Positions 10,236-18,796 of a stretch of 64,000 bases of DNA are shown here, in pieces. The notes below the pieces were generated by a model. It worked only from the letters and a program-made list of their open reading frames with translations, made no database searches and had not been told where the DNA came from. Each line of letters begins with the position of its first letter. The stretch's first letter is position 1. This DNA comes from Candidatus Woesearchaeota archaeon (GTDB taxonomy: Archaea > Nanobdellota > Nanobdellia > SCGC-AAA011-G17 > JACPIM01). The DNA lies in contig CAZELK010000002.1 in NCBI GenBank assembly GCA_964513145.1, forward strand, positions 65,113-129,112. Reading direction: 5' to 3'. Made by a program: the position numbers and the translations under genes.

Positions 10236-10883
10236 TTAAACTATGATGTTTGTTTCTAATCTCTTTGTTAAGACTTTCTTTACACCATCTTTGGTAATTG
10301 TAAAGACGTCTATAGCTTCTCCTGTTGCTGCATCCCTTTGAATTGCTGCATTAACTGCTTTAACACCCAATTTTATTCCATCTTGGACAGTTATGCCCTC
10401 TTTGTATAAAGTGTCTAGTACACCCCAGGCCATAACCATTCCAGATCCGTCTGTAGCATAATTTTTATGTTCTAAAACAGAACCATCTGGACCTAATTCA
10501 TATAAATAAAAACCAGTGTCATCTTTTCCACCCAATAAAAATCCTGTAATACCAGGTATTGGACTGAATTTCCTTATATTTTGATAAACAATAGCACCCA
10601 ATAAATTAGCAGTAGTTTTAACTCCAACCTCTCTTCCTGATCTAATTTTTAATAATGTTAATTCAGCTTTTATTAATTTAGTAATTAATTGAACATCAGA
10701 AACTGTTCCTGCTGTAGTAATAGCCATATTATTTGATATCTGTGCAATTTTATCAACATTTTTATCTGCAATTATTCTTCCGGCAAAAGTAGCCCTTTTA
10801 TCAGCAGTCAACACTATTCCATCTTTACAAACTATTCCTACTGTAGTAGTTCCTTTTTTTACATAATCATTTACATCTTCCAT
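10236..10883 (-). CDS. psmB: Proteasome subunit beta
   Basis: Propeptide then G|TTTVG, ADKRAT, GSG. Confidence 0.95.
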   Translation of the reverse strand: MEDVNDYVKKGTTTVGIVCKDGIVLTADKRATFAGRIIADKNVDKIAQISNNMAITTAGTVSDVQLITKLIKAELTLLKIRSGREVGVKTTANLLGAIVYQNIRKFSPIPGITGFLLGGKDDTGFYLYELGPDGSVLEHKNYATDGSGMVMAWGVLDTLYKEGITVQDGIKLGVKAVNAAIQRDAATGEAIDVFTITKDGVKKVLTKRLETNIIV

Positions 10884-11023
10884 ATACTTTTTCTCCTTTT
10901 TAGGTTCGAAGAACTCAATTTAAATATCTATGAACTAAACATATTTATAAAACTTACGATTTCTAAATTTTTGCTAGGTTTAATAGATATTGCCTTATTA
11001 TCTTTATTTTAAACCTTCCTTAA

Positions 11024-11242
11024 TTATTCTATAAATTTAAATCTTGGAACTCTTTTGCTGTCTACAATTACATCTTCAAAAAACATTTTTTTAGGCCTAA
11101 TCCATATTGAATCTTTTCCATATTCCTTGCTGTCATGTTTGTAAATAACAAATTCTTCTAAAGTCTCGCTGTGTCTTCCTAAGCCAATAACATCACAAAT
11201 AATGCCTTTATAATGCAGATATTTTCCTTTTTTTATTTCCAT
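11024..11242 (-). CDS. DUF1653 family protein
   Basis: GKYLHYKG...RHSETLEEFVIYK...WIRPKKMF...RF. Confidence 0.8.
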   Translation of the reverse strand: MEIKKGKYLHYKGIICDVIGLGRHSETLEEFVIYKHDSKEYGKDSIWIRPKKMFFEDVIVDSKRVPRFKFIE

Positions 11243-12408
11243 AATTTAATTTCTTTTACCCTTTCTTTTATATAATTATTTCTGGATATTTTTTTAAAAT
11301 AATCTTCAACTTTAGTAAATTCTCTTTTAATATTTGTATAGCAAGTCCCATTTTTAATAAAAACCTTTTTGTGTTTCTTTTTAAATTCCCTGACATTATT
11401 AACCATATTTTCTGGAGGTCCTTTATGTAAATAATATTCACCTATTTTTTTCTCCCTTAAAAAAAACCAAAAAATAACTTCATCTCCCCAAAACCAATTA
11501 TTGTCCTTGATTATAAAACCATTTTTAGTCAGTTCATTTTTTATAAAGTCAATTGTCTTGACAATCTTGTCTCCTATTAGGTCCTTTTTGCCTGGTAAGG
11601 GGATAATTTTTATAACCAAAGCACCAGAAGGAATTTTATTTTCTTTAAAGAAAAATCTTTCAGAAGGTTCTCGCAAATATAATTGTGATAATTTTACAAA
11701 TTTATTAAAATTATCTAAAGACAATGAAGCAGCAATATTTCTATTTTTGTCTACAGGATCAATTAATATCAAAGGTGAAACTGTTTTTGATGGATTAAGT
11801 TCAAATAACGGATTTTTTAATTTTTTATTTATATCAATAATTACCTTTGGTTTCCATTTTGCAGCATTTTTTAAAACATTTTTAAAAGATTTGTAGTAAA
11901 TAGTTAAAACTTCTAAAGCGTAACCAGAAAAACCTGAAATATATGACTCAGCCCCATATAATGAATTTGCCTTGCAAAAAGCCTTTAATAATCTAATTTC
12001 ATCCTTTAATTTGGAAAACTTTTTAACAAATTTAATATGCAAAGGGCTTAAATCAGTTACATTTTGGGCTTGTTCAGGTTTTTTAATGTCCAGAATTGGA
12101 ACAATTTCAAAAATTAAATTCCTGTAATTAATATGAAAATAATCCCTAGAACCATGCACTATATCCACATCAAACTTTTTTTTAAGCTGCTTATATAAAA
12201 TATCAGAAATATTTTTATCATAATTTTTAAATTTTGCAAAAATATCAACTTCTTTTGTTGCTTTTAGCCACGTATCTTTTGAAACTGACCCGCCAACTAT
12301 AAAGTTTACTTTTTTAATATAACTTAATTTTTTAAGAAATTCTTTCGTAATATTTTCAACTAATAATTGTTCATCTTTAGACGGCTTTATCTGAGAAATT
12401 ACATTCAT
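11233..12408 (-). CDS. cca: Class I CCA-adding tRNA nucleotidyltransferase
   Basis: GGSVSKDTWL..EVDIF, YGAESYISGFSGY, LIDPVDKNRNIAAS. Confidence 0.9.
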   Translation of the reverse strand: MNVISQIKPSKDEQLLVENITKEFLKKLSYIKKVNFIVGGSVSKDTWLKATKEVDIFAKFKNYDKNISDILYKQLKKKFDVDIVHGSRDYFHINYRNLIFEIVPILDIKKPEQAQNVTDLSPLHIKFVKKFSKLKDEIRLLKAFCKANSLYGAESYISGFSGYALEVLTIYYKSFKNVLKNAAKWKPKVIIDINKKLKNPLFELNPSKTVSPLILIDPVDKNRNIAASLSLDNFNKFVKLSQLYLREPSERFFFKENKIPSGALVIKIIPLPGKKDLIGDKIVKTIDFIKNELTKNGFIIKDNNWFWGDEVIFWFFLREKKIGEYYLHKGPPENMVNNVREFKKKHKKVFIKNGTCYTNIKREFTKVEDYFKKISRNNYIKERVKEIKLWK

Positions 12409-12535
12409 TAAATAAGGTAAACATAGTTCATTAATATAAAACTTTCGAATACTAGCTTTAAAATCCGTAATTATTTCGAAATTTTTTCAGTTATTAATAT
12501 TAAGAAGTTCACTCTAATAGTTAATGTGAATAAAA

Positions 12536-12742
12536 ATGACAATAAAATTGGAGGCTCGTCTTTGTTCAGATATGCTAAAAATATTTGAAAAAAATCCAGA
12601 AGAGAAATATCTTGGTTTTGCTTATATAGATAAAAAATTTACAGAACGCGATCTGGAAAATACAGCATTGTTAATCTATTCAAGAGTTTCGCGAGATATA
12701 AAAAAAGTTCCAAGAGTGGAAGTTAAGGTTGTTTATAGGTAA
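12536..12742 (+). CDS. Small hypothetical protein
   Basis: 68 aa ORF, protein-like composition, overlaps next ORF. Confidence 0.45.
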   Translation: MTIKLEARLCSDMLKIFEKNPEEKYLGFAYIDKKFTERDLENTALLIYSRVSRDIKKVPRVEVKVVYR

Positions 12743-12947
12743 GATAATTAATTATATAAGCAAGAAAAGCCTTATGATAAAAATGATAGAGAAAACATTT
12801 CATAAAACAATAGTAAAAAATGTTCCAAAAGAATTTATTGAGTATCTTGTAGAAAGCTCTAAAAAAAACAAACAAATCGATAAAAAATCAGAATGGATTT
12901 TTGAAACTTTGGGCTGGAGAAAATGTCAGAAGAAGCACAAGAATTAG
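12729..12947 (+). CDS. Small hypothetical protein
   Basis: 72 aa ORF overlapping neighbours. Confidence 0.4.
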   Translation: MFIGKIINYISKKSLMIKMIEKTFHKTIVKNVPKEFIEYLVESSKKNKQIDKKSEWIFETLGWRKCQKKHKN

Positions 12948-13099
12948 CTGAGTTTGGATTTGGAATTAAACTAATCAGAAACACAGATGAAAAATTAGAA
13001 TTTAAAATGCAAAGTGTGAATACATGTATAATAAAAGAAGTAGTTATTACGCAAATGAAGGCGTTTTTAAAAGATTTGGAAATAAACTATTTTAATTAA
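12923..13099 (+). CDS. Small hypothetical protein (58 aa, below ORF-track cutoff)
   Basis: Manual translation MSEEAQELAEFGFGIKLIRN...DLEINYFN; GGAGA upstream of ATG. Confidence 0.45.
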   Translation: MSEEAQELAEFGFGIKLIRNTDEKLEFKMQSVNTCIIKEVVITQMKAFLKDLEINYFN

Positions 13100-13129
13100 T
13101 TTAAAAAGAAGAACTCAGAACAATAAAAA

Positions 13130-14041
13130 TTAACCTTTTTTTATCTTTGCTATAAAAAATCCTTCAGTATCATAGAATTGCGGCCATAATTTAATGCATT
13201 TCCTGATTTCTTTTGAATATTTTTTTCCATTAAATTCTAAATTAACTTCTGATTTAATTTTCAAGTCTATTTTTTCTATTTTGGCATCAGTATTATCCAA
13301 TAAAAATTGTACCACGTCTTCTCCTTCTTCTGGCTCTAAAGAGCACACAGAATAGACTAAGCTTCCTTTTTTATTTAAATTATTATAAGCATTTAAAATT
13401 AATTTTTTTTGTAAAGTTGAAGTACTATAAATTTTATTTAAATTCCATGACTTTAACAAGTATTGTGAATTGCTTGTTAACCCCCTTATTGTGCCAGAAG
13501 AAGTGCATGGTGCATCTAATAAAATCTTGTCGAATTTATAATTAATATTTCTGGCATCCATTAAAGTTACAACAGTATTCATAACCCCACACCTGTTTAA
13601 GTTGGAAGTTAAAGCACTCATTCTTTCATAATTTTTTTCATTTGCAATAATAACACCTTTGTTTTTCATAAGTTCAGCCAAATGAGAAGTTTTCGCACCT
13701 GGTGAAGCACACATATCCAAGACAAGATCATTTTTAGCCGGATTTAAAATAACACAAGGGATCATTGACGCAGCTTCTTGTACAAAAATATATCCGAGTT
13801 TATGTTCTGTTAAATTTCCTAAATCCCTCTTTTCAGATTCAACCCAAAAGCCCTCCTTGCACCAGGGAATCTGTTTTAAATTTAAATATTCTAGTTCATC
13901 TTTTATTTTTTTGATATTTGACTTAATTGTGCTGACTCTTATTGCCTTTCTTAAAAATTTATTTAAATAAATTTCAAATTCTTCAAATTCAGTTAATTGT
14001 TTGTATCTTTCTATAAAAGATGGTTTTAATTTTAATTTCAT
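13130..14041 (-). CDS. NOL1/NOP2/Sun family RNA m5C methyltransferase
   Basis: FVQEAASMIP, LDMCASPGAKT, DAPCTSSG, YSVCSLEPEEGE. Confidence 0.9.
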   Translation of the reverse strand: MKLKLKPSFIERYKQLTEFEEFEIYLNKFLRKAIRVSTIKSNIKKIKDELEYLNLKQIPWCKEGFWVESEKRDLGNLTEHKLGYIFVQEAASMIPCVILNPAKNDLVLDMCASPGAKTSHLAELMKNKGVIIANEKNYERMSALTSNLNRCGVMNTVVTLMDARNINYKFDKILLDAPCTSSGTIRGLTSNSQYLLKSWNLNKIYSTSTLQKKLILNAYNNLNKKGSLVYSVCSLEPEEGEDVVQFLLDNTDAKIEKIDLKIKSEVNLEFNGKKYSKEIRKCIKLWPQFYDTEGFFIAKIKKG

Positions 14042-14250
14042 TTTATTTCAATTAATTTTAATCTTGATTTTTCTCCTTTAATTATTTTAATCCGATACTT
14101 TTTAACTTTTAAAAAATCAGATAGGAGTTCAATTAAAACTTTGTTTGCTTTTCCATCAACAGCTGGAGCATTTACATGAACTTTTAAAATTCCTTTTTCC
14201 ATTAAAACATTGTTTTTCTTAGAATTTGGGATTACTTTAACCTTTAGCAT
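14038..14250 (-). CDS. DUF167 (YggU/UPF0235) family protein
   Basis: VKVIPNSK...APAVDGKANK...GEKSRLK; start set at second Met. Confidence 0.8.
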   Translation of the reverse strand: MLKVKVIPNSKKNNVLMEKGILKVHVNAPAVDGKANKVLIELLSDFLKVKKYRIKIIKGEKSRLKLIEIK

Positions 14251-14339
14251 ATTAGATAAAAACAAAGTTCATTTATTAATATTTTTAAAAAGTGTAACTG
14301 CGCTGGCCGAGGTTTGAAATCCCGAAACTTCTTTTAGTC

Positions 14340-14365
14340 TTTGATTAAACTTTTTTGAAAAGTTT
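14340..14365 (-). repeat. Dispersed hairpin-tail element, AAACTT type, in tRNA-Gly T-arm intron
   Basis: AAACTTTTCAAAAAAGTTTAATCAAA. Confidence 0.8.
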
Positions 14366-14391
14366 GCTCGGGTCAGAGCCTCTTTACTCGC

Positions 14392-14418
14392 TTTTGATTA
14401 AACTTTTTCAAAAGTTTA
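14392..14418 (-). repeat. Dispersed hairpin-tail element, AAACTT type, in tRNA-Gly anticodon intron
   Basis: TAAACTTTTGAAAAAGTTTAATCAAAA. Confidence 0.8.
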
Positions 14419-14572
14419 TTGGCAAGGCCCAATACTAACCACTATACTACCAGCGCATCAGTAATCTTTTGTAAAACAATTATATTTAAACCTTTTTAGT
14501 CATGAGGCTTTGTTGTGGAGTCCTAAATTTATTTAGAAAGATATTTAATACAATAAAATCTAATTTATTCGT

Positions 14573-14962
14573 ATGATTTTAACAGGGATCATTGCTGGAC
14601 TCGGCTTATTAGTGTCTTTTTATGCCTTTAGAACAGAATTAAAAGTAAAGCTTAATAAAAAATACAAGGCATTTTGTGATAGAAATAATCGCATTTCCTG
14701 TTCAAAAACACTCTCAAGCAAATACGGAAATCTTTTTGGAATCCCAAATTCCTTGGCTGGAATTTTTTTCTACGCCTCTCTTCTTGTTCTTGCTTTTTTA
14801 AATATAACTAATTATATTTTTTATCTATCAATAATTGCTTTTTTAATTAGTATCTTGCTTGCATATCTATCATTTTTTAAAGTAAAAACAATATGTCCTG
14901 TTTGTATTTCGATTTATATAATAAATACAACTTTATTGATTGTATCTTATCCAAAAATATGA
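14573..14962 (+). CDS. Vitamin K epoxide reductase (VKOR) family protein
   Basis: Loop CDRNNRISC..LSSKYG and active-site CPVC in a TM helix. Confidence 0.9.
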   Translation: MILTGIIAGLGLLVSFYAFRTELKVKLNKKYKAFCDRNNRISCSKTLSSKYGNLFGIPNSLAGIFFYASLLVLAFLNITNYIFYLSIIAFLISILLAYLSFFKVKTICPVCISIYIINTTLLIVSYPKI

Positions 14963-14963
14963 A

Positions 14964-15097
14964 TGGGCCGAGAAGGATTTTCATTGCTTCTAGTTTTGTT
15001 TAAGCTTTTCTAAAAGCTTAATTTGAACCTTCGATCTAGACGGTGTAAACGTCTTGTCATTTGCAGAGTTAAAACTTAGCCACTAGACCACCGGCCC
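14964..15097 (-). tRNA. tRNA-Val(TAC) with two non-canonical introns: D-loop 20a/21 (15077-15061, 17 nt) and T-loop 59/60 (15021-14978, 44 nt)
   Basis: Acceptor GGGCCGG/TCGGCCC, anticodon stem AGACG/CGTCT with loop TTTACAC, T arm GAAGG-TTCAAAT-CCTTC after removing inserts; BHB motifs at both; CCA not encoded. Confidence 0.9.
14991..15020 (-). repeat. Dispersed hairpin-tail element, AAGCTT type, in tRNA-Val T-loop intron
   Basis: TAAGCTTTTAGAAAAGCTTAAACAAAACTA. Confidence 0.8.
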
Positions 15098-15164
15098 ACA
15101 CAAAGAAATTCTTACTTAGTCCCTATTTAAAATTATTGTTTTTTCTCAAAGCTTTTATTAAATA

Positions 15165-15500
15165 TTAGCTTCCAGAATTAAAAATACCAGCTACTTTTTT
15201 TTTATCTTTAAATAATTCATTAAATTTCTTGATAGCATCCTGTGTTTTTGCTGTAATCATTGAAATGCCTTTCGAACTAATTGCTTGTTTTACTGAATCA
15301 GGTACCTTCAGCAAGCCACCAGCCCCAGTTCCGATAACTATAAATTCTGGTTGAATCCTTAACAGTTCCTCTATATCCTTTACGTCTAAAACCAAATTTT
15401 CTCTTTCCCAGTATCTGACTTTTTTATCAACAATTTTTATGCTGCCAATAAATTGTTTTCCCTCAATAATAAATGCCCCTAGTTTATATTCTTGAATCAT
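15165..15500 (-). CDS. Mth938-like / DUF498 domain protein
   Basis: PEFIVIGTGAGG, T.DAIKKFNEL. Confidence 0.8.
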   Translation of the reverse strand: MIQEYKLGAFIIEGKQFIGSIKIVDKKVRYWERENLVLDVKDIEELLRIQPEFIVIGTGAGGLLKVPDSVKQAISSKGISMITAKTQDAIKKFNELFKDKKKVAGIFNSGS

Positions 15501-15584
15501 AGTTATATGCTGTCATAAGAATTTTTAAACTTATGCCTGAAATAACTCAAAAAGGTTTATAAATTAACATATTCTTTTCATTCT

Positions 15585-17384
15585 ATGGATGAGCATCCTA
15601 AGCAAATAGTAATACCTGAAGAAGTAAAAGAAAAGTTTAAGGAAACAAAGGCAAATTTAACTAAATTCAAAAAAGATATTTTAAAGAAATTTGATAAATA
15701 TATTCTTGGAATAACCCTTCTTCCAAATGCTAAACTTTTAGATGAAGATTTAAGAGAGGAAAAGCCTGATGAGAAAAAAGGAAATAATCCGAAAGATATA
15801 GGTGTCTTAATTCTTATTGATGATTCAGATAGCAAAAAGTTGAGTAAGTTTGAATTGAAAGATAAATTAACAGCAATAATCGGCAAAAGTGCCAAAGATA
15901 TAAATGATAATTTAAAAACTCAGGTAATGTTATTGTCAGAGTTAAGAGAAAATTGTTTTGATTCAAAATACGAAGTTCTGGAAGCAATCGCCTTGTCAGC
16001 TATATTCTACGATCCAAGCGATATTTTGGCTGCTTTCAAGATTGCTGAAGTACATAAAAAAATGACTATAAAAAAATTTGAGAAATATATCATAAGTTAC
16101 ATTGCAATTGGCTCTTTATTCAGGGGAGAAAAATCAAATGACATAGATGTTCTTATTGTTGTTGATGATACAGATGTTAAAAAAATGACTAGGGGTGAAC
16201 TAAAAGATAAACTAAGGGCAATAATTATAGGCTTGGGATATGATGCAAGCAAAATAACTGGAGTAAATAAAGCATTCCATATTCAAGTCCACATACTTAC
16301 AGACTTTTGGGAAAGTTTAAAGGATGCTTCACCAGTAATTTTCACTTTTTTAAGAGATGGTGTCCCTTTATATGATCGTGGTGTATTCATGCCGTGGAAA
16401 CTCTTGCTTCAGATGGGCAGAATAAAACCCAGTCCAGAAGCAATAGATATGCACATGGATATAGCTGATAAATTAATACAAAGGGCTAAAGGAAAACTGC
16501 TAAGCGTTGTTGGTGAAGATTTATATTATGCAACATTAAATCCTGCACAAGCAGCATTGATGTTATATGGCATTCCGCCGCCGACACATAGGGAGACGAT
16601 AAAATTATTAAATGATATATTTGTAAAGAAAGAAAAACTTTTGGAAAAAAAATATGTTGATATTTTAGACAAGACCTTCAGGTATTTCAAGGATATTGAG
16701 CATGGAAAAGTAAAAGAAATTTCTGGAAAAGAAGTTGATAGCTTGTTAAAGGATGTTGATGATTATTTAAAAAGATTAAATAAATTATTTAGCGCAATTG
16801 AAACAAAAGCAGAAAAAAATAGAGTACTGGAATTTTATGATGGTTGCATTTCTATTGCCCAGGATTTATTAAATACAAATGGGATAAAAGGCAATATAGA
16901 AAAAGGATTTGAAGAATTGGTTAAAAAAGGAAAAATCCCTGAAAAATTCTTAAGAACATTAAAAATAGTCGTGAAAGCGAAAAATGATTATATAAAAAAT
17001 AAAATAACTAAACAGGAAGTTGAGAAAGTAAGAAAAGAAGCAAATATATTTATTCGTGCCTTGGTTGAAATTGTGCAGAGAAAAAGAGGCTTAGACTTAG
17101 AAAGGGCAAAAATCAAAGTCAAGTATAATGACAAAATTGGCGAGGTATTTGTTTTGGATAATTCAGTTTTCATAATAAAAGATGTTAATAGTGAAGAAAA
17201 AGAAATATTAAAGGGAGTTTTTACAGAAAACTATTGCATTGGCGAACTTAAAAAAAGTAATATGAGTGAAATGGAAGACTATCTAAAGAATATGAAGATA
17301 ATAAGAAAAGTATCTTTTAATGAAAATACTATGAGTGACCTAAAAAAGGTTTTTGGAGATAAAATAGAAATTTTAGTAAATTAA
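15585..17384 (+). CDS. Tandem nucleotidyltransferase (MNT-like) domains fused to HEPN-like helical region
   Basis: Internal repeat D..VLI.IDD.D.KK....ELKDKL.AII (x2); intact GS-x8-DID in second copy; LYYATLNPAQAALML..PPTH HEPN-like helix. Confidence 0.7.
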   Translation: MDEHPKQIVIPEEVKEKFKETKANLTKFKKDILKKFDKYILGITLLPNAKLLDEDLREEKPDEKKGNNPKDIGVLILIDDSDSKKLSKFELKDKLTAIIGKSAKDINDNLKTQVMLLSELRENCFDSKYEVLEAIALSAIFYDPSDILAAFKIAEVHKKMTIKKFEKYIISYIAIGSLFRGEKSNDIDVLIVVDDTDVKKMTRGELKDKLRAIIIGLGYDASKITGVNKAFHIQVHILTDFWESLKDASPVIFTFLRDGVPLYDRGVFMPWKLLLQMGRIKPSPEAIDMHMDIADKLIQRAKGKLLSVVGEDLYYATLNPAQAALMLYGIPPPTHRETIKLLNDIFVKKEKLLEKKYVDILDKTFRYFKDIEHGKVKEISGKEVDSLLKDVDDYLKRLNKLFSAIETKAEKNRVLEFYDGCISIAQDLLNTNGIKGNIEKGFEELVKKGKIPEKFLRTLKIVVKAKNDYIKNKITKQEVEKVRKEANIFIRALVEIVQRKRGLDLERAKIKVKYNDKIGEVFVLDNSVFIIKDVNSEEKEILKGVFTENYCIGELKKSNMSEMEDYLKNMKIIRKVSFNENTMSDLKKVFGDKIEILVN

Positions 17385-17443
17385 ATAATTTTTAAAAAAG
17401 CAAAAGAAAGCTTTTTATATCCTTATTTTGTACAAATTTTAAA

Positions 17444-17701
17444 ATGGAAGGAACAATAGCTAGTTTTCGAAGGGGAAGGCATACCCAGACAAACAATCAG
17501 ATGTTAATATATGTAAATGGAATTACTAATAATGATAAAGCTAAGCCACTAATAGGAAAAAGCATAAAATGGAAAAGCCCTTCTGGAAAAGAATTCGTAG
17601 GAAAAGTAGCTAGCACGCATGGAAATAAAGGGGCTTTAAGAGTCATATTTGAAAAAAACTTACCTGGTCAAAGTCTGGGTAACAAGGTACAAGTAGCATA
17701 A
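17444..17701 (+). CDS. rpl35ae: 50S ribosomal protein eL33 (L35Ae)
   Basis: FRRGRHTQ, GKV..THGNKG, LPGQSLG. Confidence 0.9.
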   Translation: MEGTIASFRRGRHTQTNNQMLIYVNGITNNDKAKPLIGKSIKWKSPSGKEFVGKVASTHGNKGALRVIFEKNLPGQSLGNKVQVA

Positions 17702-17702
17702 A

Positions 17703-18227
17703 ATGGCAGGATTAAGAAAAGGCAGAAGCTATAGAAAAGTAAAAAGAGCTTATACAAGAAAGTCAAAATTCAAAACTAAGGCATTTATCAAGACAGTACC
17801 GCCAAGCAAAATAGCAAGATTCAAAATGGGCGACTTGGCAAAAAAATTTAATTATGTTCTTGAATTGCACCCAAAAGAAAGCCTGCAGATTAGGCATAAT
17901 GCATTAGAGTCAGTAAGGCAAGTTGTAAACAGAAGGCTTGAAATTGCTTTAGGTCATGATTATTTGTTTCAAATAAGAGTTTTTCCGCATCATATTTTAA
18001 GAGAACATAAAATGTTAACTGGTGCTGGAGCAGACAGAATGTCGCCAGGTATGTCAAAAGCATTTGGAAAACCTGTAGGCATTGCTGCACAGTTAAGAAA
18101 AGGTCAGACCATATTCTCAGTTTCCGTAGATAAGGAAAATATTGACAAAGCTAAAGCAGCACTTGCACTTGCAAAACCAAGACTTCCAGGTAATTATTTA
18201 ATAAATATTAAAGAAATCAAAAATTAA
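17703..18227 (+). CDS. rpl10e: 50S ribosomal protein uL16 (L10e)
   Basis: QIRHNALES.R, REHKMLTGAGADR..GM.KAFGKP. Confidence 0.95.
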   Translation: MAGLRKGRSYRKVKRAYTRKSKFKTKAFIKTVPPSKIARFKMGDLAKKFNYVLELHPKESLQIRHNALESVRQVVNRRLEIALGHDYLFQIRVFPHHILREHKMLTGAGADRMSPGMSKAFGKPVGIAAQLRKGQTIFSVSVDKENIDKAKAALALAKPRLPGNYLINIKEIKN

Positions 18228-18348
18228 TTTGAGAGTTTATTTTCTGGTTTTTCTGTCTGCATAACAGTGATTTTGAAAATACAAAGGAATTGATGGATGC
18301 TGTTAAGACATTTATTGAAAAAGAACTGTGTTTAAATTGAAAGTGTAG

Positions 18349-18741
18349 TTAAGCTGATTTAGGTGCTTCTTCTTTCTTGCCTAATAAATTATCCAAAGAT
18401 TCAGATCCATATTTTTCAACTTTTAAATTAATCTGTGCAGTTTGGTCAGAAATTATTCCACCCCTGACTGTTTTTCTTATTCTGATTCCCTTTTCTTTGA
18501 CTTTTATTCCAGTGCTGTTTCCAGATAAAACTTTCTTTCTGCCAACAATTTCAATGTCTTTTCTCATTGGAAAACCAGCCTTGTCAGAGCCGCCTGTAAT
18601 CTTCAATTCATAATCTTTTAATCCTACTAAATTGCCTTCAACTTTCTCTCCCAATTTCTTTCCTAAAAAAGCCTCATTATTTACAGTCTTTTGATAACTT
18701 TTTCCAGTTTTTACATCATTTACAACGATTTTAAATTCCAT
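18349..18741 (-). CDS. rps6e: 30S ribosomal protein eS6
   Basis: ITGGSDKAGFPM, RKTVRG. Confidence 0.95.
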   Translation of the reverse strand: MEFKIVVNDVKTGKSYQKTVNNEAFLGKKLGEKVEGNLVGLKDYELKITGGSDKAGFPMRKDIEIVGRKKVLSGNSTGIKVKEKGIRIRKTVRGGIISDQTAQINLKVEKYGSESLDNLLGKKEEAPKSA

Positions 18742-18796
18742 TTTTTATTTTTGTTAACTTTTTCTTAAAAGTCTTTTTGGTTTTCCGCAAAAAAGG

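Larger units (their letters stand above)
14299..14456 (-). tRNA. tRNA-Gly(GCC) with two introns: 37/38 (14419-14382, 38 nt) and 53/54 (14366-14319, 48 nt)
   Basis: Spliced sequence folds as a cloverleaf: acceptor GCGCTGG/CCAGCGC, anticodon stem GGGCC/GGCTC, loop TTGCCAA, T arm CCGAG-TTCAAAC-CTCGG; bulge-helix-bulge motifs at both junctions; CCA not encoded. Confidence 0.9.

Noticed and set aside
14457-15100. Split or permuted tRNA interpretation
   Set aside because: All exons are contiguous, in order and on one strand; cis introns explain both genes
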